Assembly: GCA_017654855.1 (NCBI GenBank)
Contig: CM030335.1
Span: 1,550,001 to 1,614,000 of the forward strand
Reading direction: 5' to 3'
DNA: 64,000 nucleotides
Source of the DNA: Podospora anserina
Taxonomy: Eukaryota
The notes under the pieces are model-generated. The model ran no database searches and was not told where the DNA came from. It was given only the letters and a program-made list of their open reading frames with translations. Numbering within the stretch: position 1 is the first letter of the stretch; each line of letters starts with the position of its first letter. Of the stretch, positions 49,586 to 61,475 are shown one piece after another. A program made the translations under genes and the position numbers.

Positions 49586-51805
49586 TCAAAACCAACTAAA
49601 TACACTCATATCAGTTGTCGGTGTATTCTCAGCCAAGAACTCTACTTCGGCATAGTCTGGCGTCTGTAGGCAATTCCACGCCTCCGACAGCTGAAGTGCG
49701 GGATCAGTGACGACGATTGGGTCGGTATCCAGTCTCATTAGTGTGTTGGCCTCGCTAACCGTGGTATCACTGATCTTCTCTAACTTTCCAAGAAGGCGTG
49801 TGAGCGTTCTTGCGCCCACCTCAGCCATGTGGTTCATATCGGCAAGAGTTTGTAGTCGGCCCAGCGCACTCCTTACAGCCTGGATGCACTCGTCCTTAGC
49901 AACGTCAGTGACGCCTACTCCGAAGGGATCTGAGGACTTAGTCATGCTGGTAGTGGACCCCCTTCGGAGTGTGGTCTCTGCTTTTGGTGGGAAGTTTCCG
50001 TCGGAGCAGAGACACAAAAGGACCACTGCAGCCTCAAAGGTTGGGATGATGAGACTCGCATGGCGTGTGTGTGAGCCACCCATCATCAGATGGAGGGCAG
50101 AGACACCTTCAAGTAAGTTTAGTGCTATGACGGCCAGCGCTCGCTTGTGGGATGAGAGCAATATCTGCTTGTAGGCTGGGAGTTGCTGAATCGAGTTGGG
50201 CTCCTGAAATAGCGCAGGGCGGAAGTTGTGGCAAAGCGACTCCAAGATGGCCATATGAAACATCTGACGCTGTAACGGTAAGGTTGGAAGACGGGCATCC
50301 CACTTGTCGCATGTGTCAGGGTAGAGAGCAAAGACAGGTGGTATTTCGGGAAGAAACTCGCTGCAGAACTTCTCGTATCGTTCCTCTGCAGCAATGGGGT
50401 CGTATTCAGTCGCGTTCCCGGAACCATGAGTCCGCCAGAAGTTGGCTAGCTGTGCCTCGAGCACGCGCTCGGTGAACAGGTCAGGAGCATCAGCTTGAGG
50501 GACGTCGTCGAGGCCAAGCACAAGGTGCATTCGAGGCATGGTGTCAGGGTTCAGTGCGTCTGGTAAGAAAGGGATTTGATCCAGACGTTTAGATAGCACA
50601 CTGTCCCAGACATAAAGATTGCAAAATGTCCTCCGTCTCATTTCCTTTTCGAGCTCGTCCATGTTGGGGCTGTAAAAACCTGATGTGGCATCAACATGCA
50701 GCCCAATCCTCTGTGCTACTCGAACAGCGCAACTTAGCGCTTCCCAGTGCGCATTTGTTCGGCCCTGGCACAGGGACCTCAGCCCAGCAAAAGCGACGTG
50801 CTGAACCCGTATAAGAGACCCGCGTGCGTCGAGGCGTGAGCAGATTGGTGTGAGTGCATCGGCCACTCTATCACAGGACTTACGGATGTCAGCCAGCGGC
50901 ACTCCCCTGATGCTGTCGATAGTACAGGTCGGCGAAGGGAGGAACTGAGAGGCATAGGAACATATCCTGAGAACCAGCACTGCAAACTCGATACCGTAGG
51001 CAGTCGATGTCCGCTCCATTTCCCACCATTTCTGATAATGTGAAAGAAACCAAGGCGGATATATGAGCTGATCCATCCTGGGTTGAAGCCTTGTCAGCTA
51101 CTCTTTTGTTGAATAGGTAACGTGGTTGGACAAATTGCATCGGCAGAACTTACCAGCTAACCTCCGCGATGAAATACCGTACCAGAAAGTCGAGGATGGA
51201 CCGATTAGGCATTGAAGCGAACAGCCTTTGGGCTATGATCGCCGTTTCTTCTGGCACTGGCGCGGGCTCGCTGCTGTGCCCCGTTGCATCGTCATCTGCC
51301 CCTAGCTGTGAGGCGTGGTAAGCGTGAGAAAAGACGTCTGACTCGGACGCAACTTACCTTTCTCACCAAAGCAATCGTGTTGGATTTGCTATTCTCAAAA
51401 TACCCGAAAACCTCCGCAAGGGATGTCGGTTCTCTCCCCTCTTTGAGACCCCCCCAGTTGATCGTGTCCTGGACTGAAGATGAAGCAGAGGGCCTCCTTT
51501 CAGCCTGAGCCTCCTGTTGGCTATCATCTGTTTGAATTTCGTCATCATGAAGGTGGTCCTTCTGGGTTTGGGGTGGACTGGGTGGTAATGTAGCTTGAGA
51601 AGGGTTGTAGGCGCATTGTTCGGGGCGTCGACGGCGGCTGCAATGGTTACATGGATACTGCCGGTTGCACTGTGACGGGATAGCATGTCAGTGAGGGACG
51701 TGATGCCAAGATTCCCTGGTATGTGCAATTGCAACCAACCTTCTGTTTCCTGGTGTAACAAGGGATACATGATGAAACCACCCGTTTTCTCTGGCTTGAT
51801 TGCAT
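49586..51805 (-). CDS. Zn(II)2Cys6 transcription factor with fungal-specific middle domain
   Basis: Spliced SCIPCYTRKQK|CNRQYPCNHCSRRRRPEQC; AQRIGLH..EKEMRRRTFCNLYVWD. Start may be 51877. Confidence 0.92.
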
Positions 51806-53826
51806 TATCGATTCGGCGTTCAGGGTGCTGAAAGAGGTATCAACTTCACCAAGGTCCAGACTCGGTTTCCCCAGCATCCACTCGTGGGCTACCTATTCAC
51901 TTTAAGTGCGAGCAGAGCCGACTTTGTCAAGTGGGAGAAGATATCCCACGCCTCTGAGCCGCATTGTGGGATAGCTGTGTGGAGCTGTACGTTGGCAACG
52001 ATCAATCCTGAGTACCACTAAGCACCACCAATTGAAGCTGCATTTCTTCATCGTCTTGCGTATCCCGATACGTGATCCCGCATGCCGCATATTGTATTGC
52101 ATCATCAGCCCTCCAAGTACCGGAATTGGGAGCCGTTGAACGGTAAAGGGAAGGCCCGCTTCGCGCCACCGCCAGAATACTGAGTGTTTCGATATCCGGC
52201 TTCCGACTGGACTACGCCTCATCCACACAGCCCTTACTGCAAAGTGCGGAACAAAAAGCTCAAACACGTGTTCGTCGTCGGAAGAATGGAAAATTCCGTG
52301 GTTGATGAAAAGCCCCCCAAAATAGGCAGCATGCTCTACCTAGGTAAGCACAGTCCACAGGCCTTTTGCGTCAGATGAGAGTGACTTGAGGATAGTTCAA
52401 AGAAGTTTCCATTGATGTTTGGGCCCTTGACCCTACGCTGCAGTCCGAGGTCTCTAGTTCTGTCCCCGAGATGGCGCGTCAGTGTAATGCCACTCATTGG
52501 GCTGGCACGGATTCCTATCAGTGGAAACCTTGCCCTGTTTATCCCATGCCGGCCATCAGTCATCAGTACGCTTTGTACCTATGTCAACGGAACCAATATT
52601 CTACCTATGTGGGGGTCATCCTGCCGTTCTTGTCCGGAGAATTGCCTAGTTTAGACAAGGTCCGCAGACGGATTCCTTTTGGTTGAGCCCACAGGATACC
52701 CAACTCATTCGACGATCTCGATCCAAAACCACAGTCCCCTTCAAACAGCCGCATGGAACAGAAAGAAGCTTAGCTGTGCCATGCCCATGCGCTCGCCACC
52801 GACAATCTGCATAGGGCTCAAGTTGATGTGGTGCGGTATCCTGATTTAGTCCGGGTCCGAAGGTAGCACAGCGTATCACGACTCCACATGCCACGACATA
52901 GCTCTTTGAGAATCGCACCTTATCGGTTATCAGAGAGAACTTTTCATAAGGATCAAGTGTTGCATATCTGAACAATAGCCTGCCATCGGCGCGCAGTTTA
53001 CTTCCCACATGGGTATTCAGTTCGCCGGACATGTACCCTGATAATGTTGTAGTTAGGTAGGTCAGCACTTACCCGTACTGTGTGATACTATAGTGATTGT
53101 ATGAGCAATTATGCATGTCAGCTTGCCATCCACCGGGACCCTGACTGCGATTCGCCCGGGTTCTTGTCGATCGTCCCGTGGTCTTCAGCAGCTGAATATT
53201 TACCGACATAATATATTATGGCTTCGCCCCCTTGAATGCTCGGGCCTTCTACTCAGTCCTTGGGTGTTACCTACTCATGGATGCCCGTGGAAGGGCTACA
53301 GAAGGTTATGCAAGGTCCATACACACATAAACAACATGCAAACAAAAGGTGGTGGTCAGTACTTCGGTCGTTACCTGCGCGCTTTGCTGGTCCATGCCTA
53401 CCATTGAGCAGTCATAGTTATCGAAGATTAATGAACCTAAAAGCTATCCCTTATTACATGTTGCGAGTAATCACATATCGAGGAACCACTTAGCACTGAG
53501 CTGTCAATCGAAATCCTTATCTGGGTCCGGGTTCAGTTCTTTATCTGTCGTTACATGTCCGGAATCCCTTATGTCCGGATTAATAATGGACAATTTGCGT
53601 TTCGGACTTTAGGGCTACTTGCCTTGTTGCGAACGACTGGAACTTTGTTTTGCTCTGTCAGAGATCGTCCCATTCCTTGCCAATTTCGTTGAATGAGATG
53701 CAACAGAGTAATATCCTTGAGAAGCGATTGGCCCTCTGCTCAGACCAACACTCATATCACTCACCTAATCTTGCAGACCATGAAGCCTTACTGGCAGAAG
53801 ATAGCATCCTGCCATCGCAGCCTCAG

Positions 53827-53840
53827 CCGAGATTTTTCGG
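53827..53840. promoter_or_regulatory. CCGA-N6-TCGG element upstream of MFS transporter
   Basis: CCGAGATTTTTCGG, about 198 bp from ATG 54038. Confidence 0.75.
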
Positions 53841-54037
53841 CCCTTGAAGCCAACATAAATCAGAAACAGTTTCCATTTCCTGCTTTGTGGCCCCTGATGC
53901 CTTTGTGTTGGTGGTTCACCGCTTCTTTCTATGCATGATTACTACGCGTCGTTCCTTAACAAGGAAAGGTGAAGTCCCAATCAGCTCGCCGTTCGTTTCG
54001 ACTTGCCACTATCCGTCTCCCTACCCTACCACACCTC

Positions 54038-56183
54038 ATGGACGATCCAACTCCCGCCAACAACACGGAAATTGCTGCTTTGGGTGATGGGAGAGATATG
54101 GAGAAAGTGGAGAAATCCTCCCCGTCTCGTTCCTCGTCCCCTCAGCAAGCTTTGACTGCAGAAGATGAGCCGCAACGAAAAATAACCGGTGCCCGCGTGT
54201 GTTTACCTACATGACCCTGGTCGCAGCTGCTGGCAAGACGTCACCGTACTGACAATTGGGCAGTGGGCAGCTTTTGTTATCAGCACCTTGACGGCTATCT
54301 TCGTCTACTCGTTGGACAACACTATCGTTGCCAACATCATTCCGGTACACATTTCACCATTGTGTTCCCATAAACCACCCCCTACTGACTCGTGATCGTG
54401 AAAAGGTCGTTGTTAACGATCTCAACGGAGTTGACAAGCTACCATGGCTGTCCGTCGGGTAAGCACGAGTCCGATTTCCGGCACCATTTCCTGATCCGAA
54501 GGCTGATGGTACCCCAAAAACGACAGATTCATGATCGGGGGGATGGCAACTATCCTCCCATTCGGAAGACTTTACACAATGTATGATTCCAAATGGGTTT
54601 ACATCATATCTTTTGTCTTCTTCCTCGCCGGATCGGCACTTTGCGGCGCAGCACCAAACATTGATGCTGAAATCATTGGTCGTGTCATGGCCGGTGCCGG
54701 TGGGAACGGGATGTATGTCGGTCTTCAGGTGCTCATGTCTATGCATACTACGGATAAGGAGCGTCCCACATACCTTAGCTACGTGTAAGTATGCGCTGCT
54801 CAATGGCCTTATTTGCTATCATCCATATTGATATGGTCGACTGGCGCATTTAGCGGAGGCACCTGGGGCGTAGGAACCGTTTGTGGTCCAGCTGTCGGAG
54901 GCGCCTTCTCGTTGTACAACTGGCGATGGGGGTTCTACATCAATCTCCTTTTCGGGGCTATCCTTCTGCCAACTTATCTCATCGTCATCCCCTCGGCCAA
55001 CCCGTTGCCGAATAAAAAGCAGTCTGAAAAGCTCGCTCTCATGGACTGGGTTGGCGTCATCATCAGCATTGGCGCCATGGCAACCATCGTCATGGCTATC
55101 AATCTAGGCGGAGTGCAATTCCCCTGGAACAGTGGCTCGATCGTCGCATTATTCGTCGTCAGTGGTGTTCTTTGGATCGCATTCGCTCTCCAGCAGTCGT
55201 TTTGTCTCTTCACGACGGAGCATAAACGTCTGTTTCCTGTGCCCATGCTAAAGCAGAAGATGCCGGTATTGCTTTTCATTGCCTGCGCTGGCGGCTCTGC
55301 GGCTTGCTACATGTCTACATACTGGATTCCCATCTACTTCCAGTTTTCCAAGGGAGACTCAGCAATCTATACGGCTCTTCGACTGCTGCCGTTCATCCTC
55401 GCGCTTATCACGATAATGCCCGTGAGTGGACACCTGATAAGCAGATGGGGTTGGTATAAACCTTGGTTCGTGGGAGGAAGTGCTTTGACTCTTATCACAG
55501 CTGCACTCATGGGTAAGTTCCAGCCATCTGTGACGTTCCTTTGACCAAGGCTTTGGTGCCTAACGCGACATCTAGCCCACTACATCAATGGGGGCACACC
55601 GGTTGGTGCCTTTTATGTCATCGAGCTGTTCTTGGCCTTTGGAATTGGCGCCTATGCACAAAATGCATTTGCCGTCGTTCAGTCAGTTGTCGCCCCCAAA
55701 GACGCACCCTCTGGGCTCGCCCTCATGCTCGTTGGTAAGCTTCATCATCATACAAACCTTTCTGATTACTTTGCCCTTCATGACTGACATTATTGTAGGG
55801 CAACTGACGGGCATCACGTTTGGTCTCTCCATCAGTGGTGCCGTATTCATCAACACAGCAACAAGCGGACTTCATGATGCGCTACCACAGATTCCCGTCG
55901 AGGAGTTGTCGCATGTCGTTGCTGGAGCTAGCAACCAGGTCTTTGAGTCATTGTCACTCGAGCAACGATCACGCGCCCTCGAGATTATTGTCCAGTCCTG
56001 GAATAAGACTTTCATCTGTGTTTACGTCGCTGCTGCAGCCAGTTTAATTTCGTCGGTTTTCTTCAAGGTAAGCAAGCACTTGAAGGCAGTCTGGGGAGAA
56101 GTCATGAGACACAAGAGCTGACTCAAAACTACTTCGTCCAGAACACCAAAGCCAATGTCAACACCGCCGCTGTGGTTCTATGA
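54038..56183 (+). CDS. MFS drug:H+ antiporter (DHA2-like, toxin efflux type)
   Basis: SLDNTIVANIIP, KLPWLSVG, GSALCGAAPN, IGRVMAGAGG, GPAVGGAF, WRWGFYINL. Multi-exon; ends NTKANVNTAAVVL*. Confidence 0.92.
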
Positions 56184-56681
56184 GCGGGTGTGGGAGAAGA
56201 ACGTGAGCATTGGGCGACCAGAAGTCAGTCCTGGGCTTCAAGTTGAATCTGTCGAGGATTGTGGTCAGAAAAGAAGGTGCACAGATGGGTTGTTCCGTAT
56301 TGCCACCAAAACACTGTTGTGTGGTATGATTTTACAGTGCTACAGGAAAAGCAATTTGTGTTTGAAACTTAGACTGCTTAATAGAATTATCGTCCTTGGA
56401 CTCCCTGAACCCTGAGCCCCTGAATCACTTGTACCAAGCCGCTAATTCCAAGGCTGGCCCCCCTTTCCAGCGTCCCAGTTGCCAAAGACGAGATGATTTT
56501 GCGAATTACAAGTGTATTGTAGCATACGTCAAGAACCAGGGGGATTGATTGTGACTGATTCAGAGATAATCGACCTCACACACATAAAGAAGAGTGGATG
56601 TCCACAAACAACGCGCCTTCAGCCTGCCACAACGATGATTTTCCACCGCTTTCCCATGGGCTATCTCATTCTCCCCTAGAC

Positions 56682-57674
56682 TTAATACTCAAACTTCTGC
56701 CCAACCAACTCCTCAGTCAGCCTCCAGCACCTATCCACCTCCCCCTTATCATACACCGCATGTCTCGCAACAGGTTCCACAACCTCCCCATTCTGCAAGT
56801 ACGCCGGCCCTCGCCCTGCCAAATCCGGATCCAGCGCAGCAATAAGAGGCGTAGCACCAATCTGCTCATACGTCTTGAACCGCGGCTCATCCCCAACAGT
56901 GAAGCTAAACTCCTGACCTGTGTTGCGCTTGGTGGTGGGCAAAACATCACTGTAATCATCCATCACCAAGTGTGACCCAAGTTTAGTATCAAGATTAGAC
57001 CCCGGGTGGCAAGCAAAAGCCACCACACCGTGGTCCTTCAGCCGGTCTGTCAAACCATACGCAAACAGGATCTGCGCTGTCTTGGCCTGGCCGTAACCTG
57101 TCCAGATGTCGTAGGTTTTGCCGTTGGAGAAGGAGACGTCGTCAAAGCGGACAGGGGAGATTTGGTACCCTACGCTGGTGAGGTTGATGACGCGGGCTCC
57201 GTAGGGGCTCTTGGCACCGGTGAGAAGGGCGGGGGTGAGAAGGTTCGTCAGGAGGAAGTGTCCGACGTGGTTGACGGACATTTGCATTTCTATGCCTTGC
57301 TTGTCGAGGGTGTATTTCTTGAGGGCCATGTTTCCGGCGCTGTTGATGAGGACGTCGATTTTGGATTTAGTAGCTGTCAGGATTTCCTGTGCCGCGCGGC
57401 GGACTGAGTCATGGTTGGAGAGGTCGAGTTGGATAAATGTAGCTTTGATTGATGGGTCTTGTTTCCGGATGGCTGTGATCACCGGGTGGACGTTTTCAGC
57501 GGTGCGGGAGGCGATCAGAAGGTGAGCTGGTGATGCTTTGGCGAGTTCGATGGCGATTGAGCTCCCGATACTGGGTTGGCCGGCGCCAGTGATGACGAAG
57601 GTGCGTCCTTTGACTTGGGGAGCAAAGGCTGCAACGGCTTGCTCGCTGGTGACAGTGCCAGCAAAGACAGTCAT
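56682..57674 (-). CDS. Short-chain dehydrogenase/reductase
   Basis: VITGAGQPSIG, LDLS, DVLINSAG, NHVGHFLLTNLL, catalytic YGQAK, HPG. Confidence 0.93.
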   Translation of the reverse strand: MTVFAGTVTSEQAVAAFAPQVKGRTFVITGAGQPSIGSSIAIELAKASPAHLLIASRTAENVHPVITAIRKQDPSIKATFIQLDLSNHDSVRRAAQEILTATKSKIDVLINSAGNMALKKYTLDKQGIEMQMSVNHVGHFLLTNLLTPALLTGAKSPYGARVINLTSVGYQISPVRFDDVSFSNGKTYDIWTGYGQAKTAQILFAYGLTDRLKDHGVVAFACHPGSNLDTKLGSHLVMDDYSDVLPTTKRNTGQEFSFTVGDEPRFKTYEQIGATPLIAALDPDLAGRGPAYLQNGEVVEPVARHAVYDKGEVDRCWRLTEELVGQKFEY

Positions 57675-57907
57675 GCTGAGAGATACAAGTTAAGGGCGGG
57701 TTCCAGGTTTGCTGTAGTAATTCTGTGCCACAGAACGCTAGGGGTTGCAAACTAGAGACATATTACATATCTGTGGTTTAAAACCGCAGGCCATTCTGGA
57801 ATCCGGCAATAAAGGCCATGCCTGCATTGCCGGATGCCTTGATGTGGCGAAACCACTGTTGGGTGCCTGTAGAATTGATGCTGTGCATCACTGAACCGAA
57901 TGTTGGA

Positions 57908-57921
57908 CCGAAACTATTCGG
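57908..57921. promoter_or_regulatory. CCGA-N6-TCGG element upstream of SDR
   Basis: CCGAAACTATTCGG, 234 bp from ATG 57674. Confidence 0.75.
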
Positions 57922-58135
57922 CTTTCCTTCATTGTACCTGACCGTTACCTAGCTTCCTGGCCTTTCAAAGCTGGGACGTGTCTGAGTAAAGCTTGGGTAG
58001 CAGATAATGAAGGCTCGGACAACATAATCTCAACCGGGCACTTGGATGGTATCTACCTATTTCCGTAGGTATCTGTCTAGATTGATTAGGCAATAGTACC
58101 TTAGCAATTCCACATACATATACTCTTCCTACGGC

Positions 58136-59343
58136 CTAAAGGCCAGATATCTTGCCTTTTGAAGAAATGTTATTACCTAAATCCGGCAAGCCTCTCTCTT
58201 GCAGTAACTTTGCATTCCAGCTTGAAAACATATTCATTACATCAATACCTAGCCTAGCCCCATTCTCCAGTTGACAACAGTGTTTGAAAGTGAAGTTGAC
58301 ACCACAAAAAGAGTGTGGCCGGCCATTTACTGCAATCATTTCCCTCAGTGCTTGACCTGGGAGGCTCAGACCCAGGTTTCCCTTCCCCCTCTTGAGCACT
58401 TGGCTCAGCCGGCAACTCAACCACCAGGTTCTCGTATTTCTTTCCAGCAAGCTCATGTGCTGGGTAATATTTGTTCGCGACCAGCTCATGGGCTGGGCTC
58501 TTGTTAGCCGCAGTTCATGTGTTGGTAACGAAACAAGGATAGTGTTGGTGAGTTTAGCGACATCATGAGTCTCGACATCCTCGCCAGAGATGTCCGCCTG
58601 CTTAGTTTTATTCTGCCGGATCATGGAAAGCCTAGTTGTCAAGATTGCCAGTACAATGAGTACAGCAGAGCCAAGTCCGACTCCTACCCTAATTCCTGTT
58701 TTCGCAGTCTGGGAAAGTTCGTTGCTGCTGTCAAGAGCCTCGTTTGCCAATGTTTCCGGCGCTGTGACTGTCCCTATTGTGGATGTCGTAGGCGTCATGG
58801 AAGATGCATCTGGGTGTGGATTGTCTTGGATATAAAACATTCCACTGTCACTTTTCCAGTTCGGGTCGTTAGATCGACGGAGCCGAAGTCTAAATTCCCG
58901 GCTGTCGAGGAGAATTGAGTTGTTGATATTGTCATGGTCCCCGATGTCCCACCACTCCTGGACGAGAAGGTCGGATGAATAGTAGATGTCCTCTACCAAC
59001 GTAAACTTTCAGCGACAGTTTGAACACCGGTTCTGGTCAACAATGACGTACTGAGCAAAGTGCCAATCAGGTCCGATCCTGAGTCCCAAGGTCCAGGTCG
59101 TAAGTGCCAAATTTCAATCGTCAAGGAATCGGAGTATGCCATCCCAACGCTCCATTCAATAAGAATATTACTGCCGAGAGCAAAGCGTTGCGAAATCCCA
59201 GTCAAATCATCGAAAGGTGGATTGATCCAGGTCACGCCCAGTGGTTCAACAGCCGACACCACATGCTGCACTAGAAATGCCAGGCTACCCGCCTGTTGAA
59301 TTGGTTTGAAGAGCCGGACTCTCATGACTTTTTTTGGAAACAT
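58136..59343 (-). CDS. Single-pass type I membrane protein (paralog A); cytoplasmic tail probably frameshifted
   Basis: Signal-like N-terminus, WINPP, S/T-rich stalk, TM AKTGIRVGVGLGSAVLIVLAIL. Intron ~59051-58994. HEL/ELPA repeats continue in another frame after about 58510. Confidence 0.7.
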
Positions 59344-59898
59344 AAAGGGTTTACTTCGAGGATATAGGGAAAAGAGAAGAACCGGATGACGGAGCGATCA
59401 AGTTCACCGACGCGGGCTCCGACAATATAAGGTAGGTTGTAAAACCCTCCCTCTTTGCTTCTGAAGACCTGTTGGAAGGACCTGTACAACGGCACACGTG
59501 TAGGCGCAAGGGATCAAACAAGTGATGGAAAGTTGTGACACAATGTGTGTATGATGACAGAGTCCAATAAGAGTTTTTGAACAGGTCGCACATTTTGGCG
59601 ACTTTCTGACACTTGTCACACTTTGAAGTGGGCACATGTGCCGTGTGGCTCAGCGGGCTATCAAATTGGTCTTTCCATCAAGGGACTCGACATGACAGCA
59701 CTGCATACCTGTACCCTTTCGACTGACAGGCTTTACCGCCCCTGGGTTGTTCGCTCTTCTCCTCGACAAATCCCACTTAGTCTGTGTATTATTTGGGTGT
59801 ATACCTAGCTACAGCCTTCCAACCCCTATGTGTTACATGTCACCAAAACCCAAAAACGCGACCATTGATTCGACCGTCACCCTTCAAGATACCCGATT

Positions 59899-60814
59899 TC
59901 AGTTCCCCGCCTCCACCGACGTAGGCTGAGTAGCCAACTCAGCCGCGTTGCTATGACCATTAACGCTGTGCACAACGAAAGGGCTTGAGTAAAGCGGTGG
60001 TTTGCCAACATCATGAACCATTTCCTCATTCGGACCGCTGGCGAAATCCGCCTTGCTGTCTCTGCCCCGCCGCTTCAAGACAAATCTTGTCAGAAGAACA
60101 GACAAAGTTATCAGCAGCAGGGACCCAAGCCCAACTCCAACGCCGATACCGATCTTCGCTGTGTGAGGCAGATCGCCGTTGTTGACTGGGGTAGAGGGAT
60201 TAGACGTCGGGAAGACTGTACTGGATATCGTCGGTTGTGTCAACGTCGAAAATGTCTCTGTTGACGTCGCCGATGTCATCAGGGATGTTTGGGCTACGTC
60301 CTCCAAGATAAACGCCCGGCTCCAAAGCGAGCCATTCTCGTAACCGTACTTTTCGATCATGATATCGGCATGGTTACCGGGGGGCGGATCAGTAATAACC
60401 AGCACGAAGCGTGGGTTGTTGGCAATGACTTTGCTGTCGATGCTGTCACCCTCTCCGATGACCCACTGGAGCGTCTGTTGGTTCTGTGCGTCTTCTGAAA
60501 GCTGAAAGGTCAAAAGACTTTCTCCTGCCATCATCATGGGCTTTTATGAGTGGTAGGTACTCACGAGCTAGAATGCCAATAACATCACCATCCCTCTTCT
60601 GCGTCCACTGCCGAACTTCGAGCGTGATTTTCCGGAGCCCAGCCGCTACCTAGGTGACCTGGATCTTTTGCCCGATGACATAGTGTTCTTGCAGATCTTG
60701 CGACTCATACGGTGGGTTGGTGAAGCGGTCGGCCCGTGCAAGCGATGTATATAGTACCCAAAAGATAATAAACGAGACTCCCCCTGGCACACCAAATGGG
60801 ATAGCGACGTCCAT
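59899..60814 (-). CDS. Single-pass type I membrane protein (paralog B) with in-frame TAG at 60652-60650
   Basis: Signal peptide, FTNPP, GQKIQVT*VAAGLRKITLEVRQW, intron 60564-60495, S/T stalk, TM AKIGIGVGVGLGSLLLITLSVLL. Confidence 0.7.
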
Positions 60815-61475
60815 CTTGGAGCTACCCAGAAGGAAAAAGAGCAAAGAGCGGTAGAACAGATTGCCTGGTGGGACTGGGTTTAATATTGGTTAAATCTGGG
60901 TCCATCTTTGGCTCGGCGCTCAGCAATACACAACAGCATGGCAGTGAAGCTCTTCACAGCCAGACCAGCAGAGAGGAAGAAGATATTGAATGCTGACTTC
61001 TATCCCTGTCACGGTCTAGGCCCCGTATCATCCCGCGAAAAAAGCTCCGAAAAGCTCCCAGAGATTGAAGTGGCGCTCCAAAAAAAGAATCAGACCCAAT
61101 GAACAGGTGATACAATGAAGGTAGTCGACCTCCCGATACATCTGTTGTGATACACCGGGATGCAACACGAAGACCGAGTATCAGCAAAGATCCCGGGAAA
61201 CCCCCTGTTCTGTGTCTACCTTCAGCTGGTTGCCTTGAACCTCGAGAAAGGGTGGACTACCATCTAATCACGGATTCTGTTTCATATATCGTGTTCGCAT
61301 TTTCATGAAATTTACTTGTCGATGACAATCCCTCAATCACTTCCATCAGCTTGGTATAAAACAACAAATGATAGGGAATCTGTGAGAACCTTTCAAAATC
61401 TCTCCACATTACCCCCTTCAGCACAATACAGGATGTAGGTATACAAGAAGATCAATAGATGTTATCTCCAGTGGC

